A stretch of 64,000 nucleotides of DNA, from positions 1,504,001 to 1,568,000 of the forward strand of contig OY970323.1 in the NCBI GenBank assembly GCA_963716985.1. Reading direction: 5' to 3'. The notes under the pieces are model-generated. The model was not told the origin of the DNA. It worked only from the letters and a program-made list of their open reading frames with translations, and did no database searches. Origin of the DNA: an uncultured bacterium (GTDB lineage Bacteria > Chlamydiota > Chlamydiia > Chlamydiales > SM23-39). Of the stretch, positions 60,298 through 64,000 are shown piece after piece; position 1 is the stretch's first letter; each line of letters opens with the position of its first letter. The translations under genes were made by a program, and so were the position numbers.

Positions 60298-63179
60298 ATG
60301 GACGTTAAGAAAAAAGCGCTCAGTTTTATCATACTCCTTGGCATCGTCAGCTGCTTTGCAGACATTGCCTATGAAGGAGCGAGGAGCATTGTAGGCCCCT
60401 ATCTCTCTCTTTTGGGCGCCACCGGCGCCATTGTCGGCACCGTCGTGGGGTTGGGAGAATTCATCGGGTATAGCCTTCGGGTAGTTTTTGGGTATTGGAG
60501 CGACCGGACACAAAAATATTGGATCATTACCTTCCTTGGCTATGCGATCAATCTCATCGCCGTTCCTCTATTTGCCTTTGCAGGGAGTTGGCAGACGGCC
60601 TCATTTTTGATCATCCTGGAAAGACTCGGCAAAGCCATCCGCTCACCCGCACGAGATGCCATGCTCTCTTATGCTACGAAAGAAGTGGGGCGCGGATGGG
60701 GATTTGCTCTCCATAATGCCATGGATCGGGTCGGTGCAATTGTAGGACCCTTGGTCATTTCTCTGTTTTTTCTTTTCAAGCAGAGCTATTTTTACGCATT
60801 TCTATCTCTTGCCCTTCCCGCCTTCATTGCACTTCTTGTTCTGGGGTTGACTCGTTTCTTCTATCCGAAACCTCAAGAAATGGAAAGCAGCATCTCTTTG
60901 GAAGCCAAAGGGCTGACCCGCGTTTATTGGATCTATATTTTTTCTGTCGGGCTTGTCGCTACGGGATATGCGGATTTTGCCTTCATCGCCTTTCACTTCG
61001 GAAAAACCTCTCTCTTATCTCCGCTCATGATTCCTCTTTTTTACGCAATTGCCACCGGAGCTGACGGAATGACAACGCTCTTCATCGGACGCATCTTTGA
61101 CGTGAAGGGAATTTCGGTAAGTTCTCAAAAACGTCTGGGAAAAACTAAAAACTTGCCGGCGATGCCTGTGATTTTTGTTCAATAAGATCTTTCATCCGGG
61201 GAATTTTTTTTGCATTTACAAGCCTGTCTTTCAAATAGTCACAAAAACTGATGCCTAATTTCATGCAGGTTTTCTTGAGACTTGCAAAAGTGTCTCTGGC
61301 TTTGCGGCCAGCTTCGCTTCGTGTGCCTCCAGAGATCTTTCTCCGCTTTGCATATTCACGGATATCTCTTTCGCAGTCATTGTTATGAAGAGGAATAAAT
61401 GGATACTTAAGGACGAGCAAGAGCCCGTCTTTTCTTGACCGGGTATTCGCAAGAAGTGAATTTATGGCTGCACTTTTGTATGCTTTGCCGAAAATCTGAT
61501 CGAATCGATCTTCAAGAGTTTTCTGCAGGACAAGAGTCGGTTTTTTCTTGTATTCTTTCAGCGCTTCATAAAAATCCCAAATATCTGAACGAACCATTTC
61601 AAGCTCTATTTTTTCAACATCTGATAGAGGAATCAGTTTTCGATAATGACGTTCTTCATGGACCCAACAAAGCCCATTTAGAAAAATTGCAAACTGTCTT
61701 GCAGCATCACTTATCGTAATCAGAAATGGGTTGACTCCTTTTTCCAAAGCCCCGCCTAAAAGAGCCGCTTCAGTAGCAATTCTACGATCTTTTTCAGATT
61801 CGATTTTTTGTTTTTTAAGAAAATTTTCCCAAAAAGCGCTTTCTTGAAATTGTTTACCTTTATGCTTCTCCAGAGCTGCGAGAGATTTTTCTCCAATCCC
61901 ATGCTCGAAAGCATAATTTATGGCCTCTTCCGTTAGAGCATACAATTCTTCCTTGCCCTGCAAGATTTTTAAAAAATTGATTCGACTTTTAGAACCTGTG
62001 CTTTCAAAGTAGGTAAACAAAGGACTGCCGATGGCTGTGCAGTATCCGTTCTTCCCATCGTGTCTTGCACCCGTATCATCTGCATTAAGAAATTTACTGA
62101 AAACCAGGCCGGCTTTGAGAATCTCTTCTTTTTCTTGGTGAAAGCTTTCTTTGTTCTGAATCAGAATATTGCTGAGTTGCGCCGGGGAAATGTCGATTCC
62201 CATTTCATAAAGCTGTTCTAACAAAAGAGGCTCTGTCACATGGCATTGATGATATTGCGAAAGGCAATAAGCAATCAGTTCCGCCCCAAAATGACCTTGT
62301 TGATATTCCGGGGGAAGTTCTCCACGAATACGTGACCCGTCAGGACTCAAATAGACCGCAAGGCGAAATTGTATTTCAAGAGACTCTATGCGGAGATCTT
62401 GAACGTTGTAGGTATCATAGCCCTTAAAAATCGATCCGGCAGGAATATTGTTGGGCAAAACTGTCTTTTGCTCTTTTTTTCTTTGTCTGCGAGAAGAAGA
62501 ACGATGAATATCAGAGTTTTTGGGAGGCGGCTTATTTTTTGCATCATCAGCTGTTCTTGAAGGGGATAATTTTGGCCGTGGTTTTTGACCTTTAAGTTTT
62601 GCAATTTCATCTTTGAGATGAGCGTTTTCTTCCGTCAATTCCTGAATGATCCTAAGGCAAACCTGAAGCAATTCGACCAACTTGTTGATGGTTGGATCTA
62701 GAACAAGATTCTCGGGAATTTCAGGAATTTGCAGTTTCATTCCTGAAATCATATATGGAAATAGCCTTAAAGACAAAATAAAAATTTAAGTTTACTTGAG
62801 GCGTTATGCTTTACCAAGGGTTTTTGAGAACTTACGAATTTCGGTACTGATCCTCATCACCTTTATTTCCTCTCTTTTTGCGCCTCTCGTCTTTTTGGCA
62901 GGTTTTTGGGGAGCTTTGATCGGCATCATTCTCTGGGGCATCGGAATCGGATCCCAAGAAACGGTCATGAAAGCGCTTGTTGCTATTTTTGTCGCCCCGA
63001 ACAAAAGAGCTTCCGCCTATGGTCTTTTGAATTTCGTCTTCGGGTCCCTCTGGTTTATAGGAAGCGCTTTAATGGGTATTCTCTATGATTACTCTCCCCT
63101 CTATGTCGTCCTCTTTTCCCTCTTCACGCAGCTAGCGTCTCTTCCCCTTCTTTTCTGGGTCAAAAGACAAAAAATGTAA
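60298..63179 (+). pseudogene. MFS transporter interrupted by IS66 (60298-61116 + 62844-63179)
   Basis: ERLGKAIRSPARD, MDRVGA motifs; removing the IS and one duplication restores ...KGIS-VLILIT... in frame. Confidence 0.9.
61117..62835 (-). mobile_element. IS66-family element (single ORF 61145..62776), complete
   Basis: TIR GTAAGTTCTCAAAAAC / GTTTTTGAGAACTTAC; 8-bp duplication GAATTTCG (61109-16, 62836-43); DDTGARH, LCWVHEERH, PLHNN motifs. Confidence 0.93.
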
Positions 63180-63279
63180 ACCTTCTTTCTTTCGCAATCA
63201 TTCTCCCAATAAAACGACCTATGTCTTGACGGAAATACCAGTTCCTTTTATTAGGAAATCAGAATCTTTAGGAGATGTT

Positions 63280-64000
63280 ATGCAACGTTTTTCCCTTTTC
63301 TTGATCGCCCTGCTTTTATGGCTGGGAAATCCTCTTTTTTCTTGTACCACTATTCTGGTCACGAGGGAAGCGACTGCCGATGGCTCTTGCTTTGTCACCC
63401 ATTCTGACGATAACGAATTGCAAGATGAACGCATTATCTATGTTCCTGCCCAAGATTACCCCGAAGGGTCCAAAAGAGAGCTCTATCCTTATCTGGAAAA
63501 TTATCCCCGTTATGTAGGCAAAAGCAGAGGGCCGAATTACGAAAACCCCTCCTTCCCTCCAACGGAATCTCTCGGATCGATCGACCAGGTTCCCCACACT
63601 TATGCCTATTTTGACGCTGGCTACGGGATCATGAATGAACACCAGCTTTCCATCGGCGAAAGTACCTGCGTTGCAAAATTTTCTTTCGACCCGGAAAAGG
63701 GCAAGCGCATCATCGACATCGCAGAAATGTCGCGCATTGCTCTCGAGCGCTGCACCAATGCAAAAGATGCGGTCCTGCTCATTGGCCCTCTTGCCGAAAA
63801 ATATGGTTATTATGGCTGGGGAGAATGCCTCTTGATTGCGGATAAGACGGAAGGATGGGTCTTTGAAATCTGCTCGACTCCGAGCGGAACCGGTGCGATC
63901 TGGGTTGCAAAAAAGGTTCCTGACGGGGAGGTTTTTGTGAGCGCAAATGAGTTTCGCATCCGAGAAATCGATCCGAAAGATCCGAACATCCTCTACTCTT
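63280..64000 (+). CDS. C69-family dipeptidase (Ntn hydrolase), exported; runs off the window
   Basis: AGGAG RBS; signal peptide then CTTILV..ATADGS..HSDD; MNEHQLSIGEST; ALERC; GECLLIAD; ANEFRI. Absent from the ORF track because it has no stop in the window. Confidence 0.85.
   Translation, partial: MQRFSLFLIALLLWLGNPLFSCTTILVTREATADGSCFVTHSDDNELQDERIIYVPAQDYPEGSKRELYPYLENYPRYVGKSRGPNYENPSFPPTESLGSIDQVPHTYAYFDAGYGIMNEHQLSIGESTCVAKFSFDPEKGKRIIDIAEMSRIALERCTNAKDAVLLIGPLAEKYGYYGWGECLLIADKTEGWVFEICSTPSGTGAIWVAKKVPDGEVFVSANEFRIREIDPKDPNILYS

Noticed and set aside
62796..62843. N-terminus of the 127-aa ORF 62796..63179
   Set aside because: Derived from the IS66 end; the rest is the distal half of the interrupted MFS gene.

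Overview
A 64-kb chromosomal window from a member of the Chlamydiota. Support for this: a tandem-fused double-length UvrA, chlamydial PknD next to a ValS carrying an insert before KMSKS, a BioY/BPL_N pair and a Pmp-like autotransporter end. It is probably an environmental, anaerobically adapted lineage (class III RNR nrdDG, U32 hydroxylase, DPSL, acetolactate decarboxylase). Housekeeping blocks (pyk, uvrA, trpS, pknD, valS, aroG, nrdDG, znuABC, bioY, pncA) alternate with accessory patches. These hold three tandem Cys-His-Asp effector-like paralogs, several toxin-antitoxin loci, and many mobile elements: three IS66-type, IS110, IS630, IS982, ISAzo13 and IscB remnants, and nested group II introns. 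The most striking structure is an IS110 element inserted exactly into the terminal inverted repeat of a 115-bp IS66-derived MITE. Its ~330-bp non-coding end lies downstream of the recombinase and carries two parallel loop motifs whose variable segments match the element's own junction and the IS66 TIR target. This is a readable candidate bridge RNA programmed against another transposon family. All calls come from reading motifs by eye; no database searches were run.
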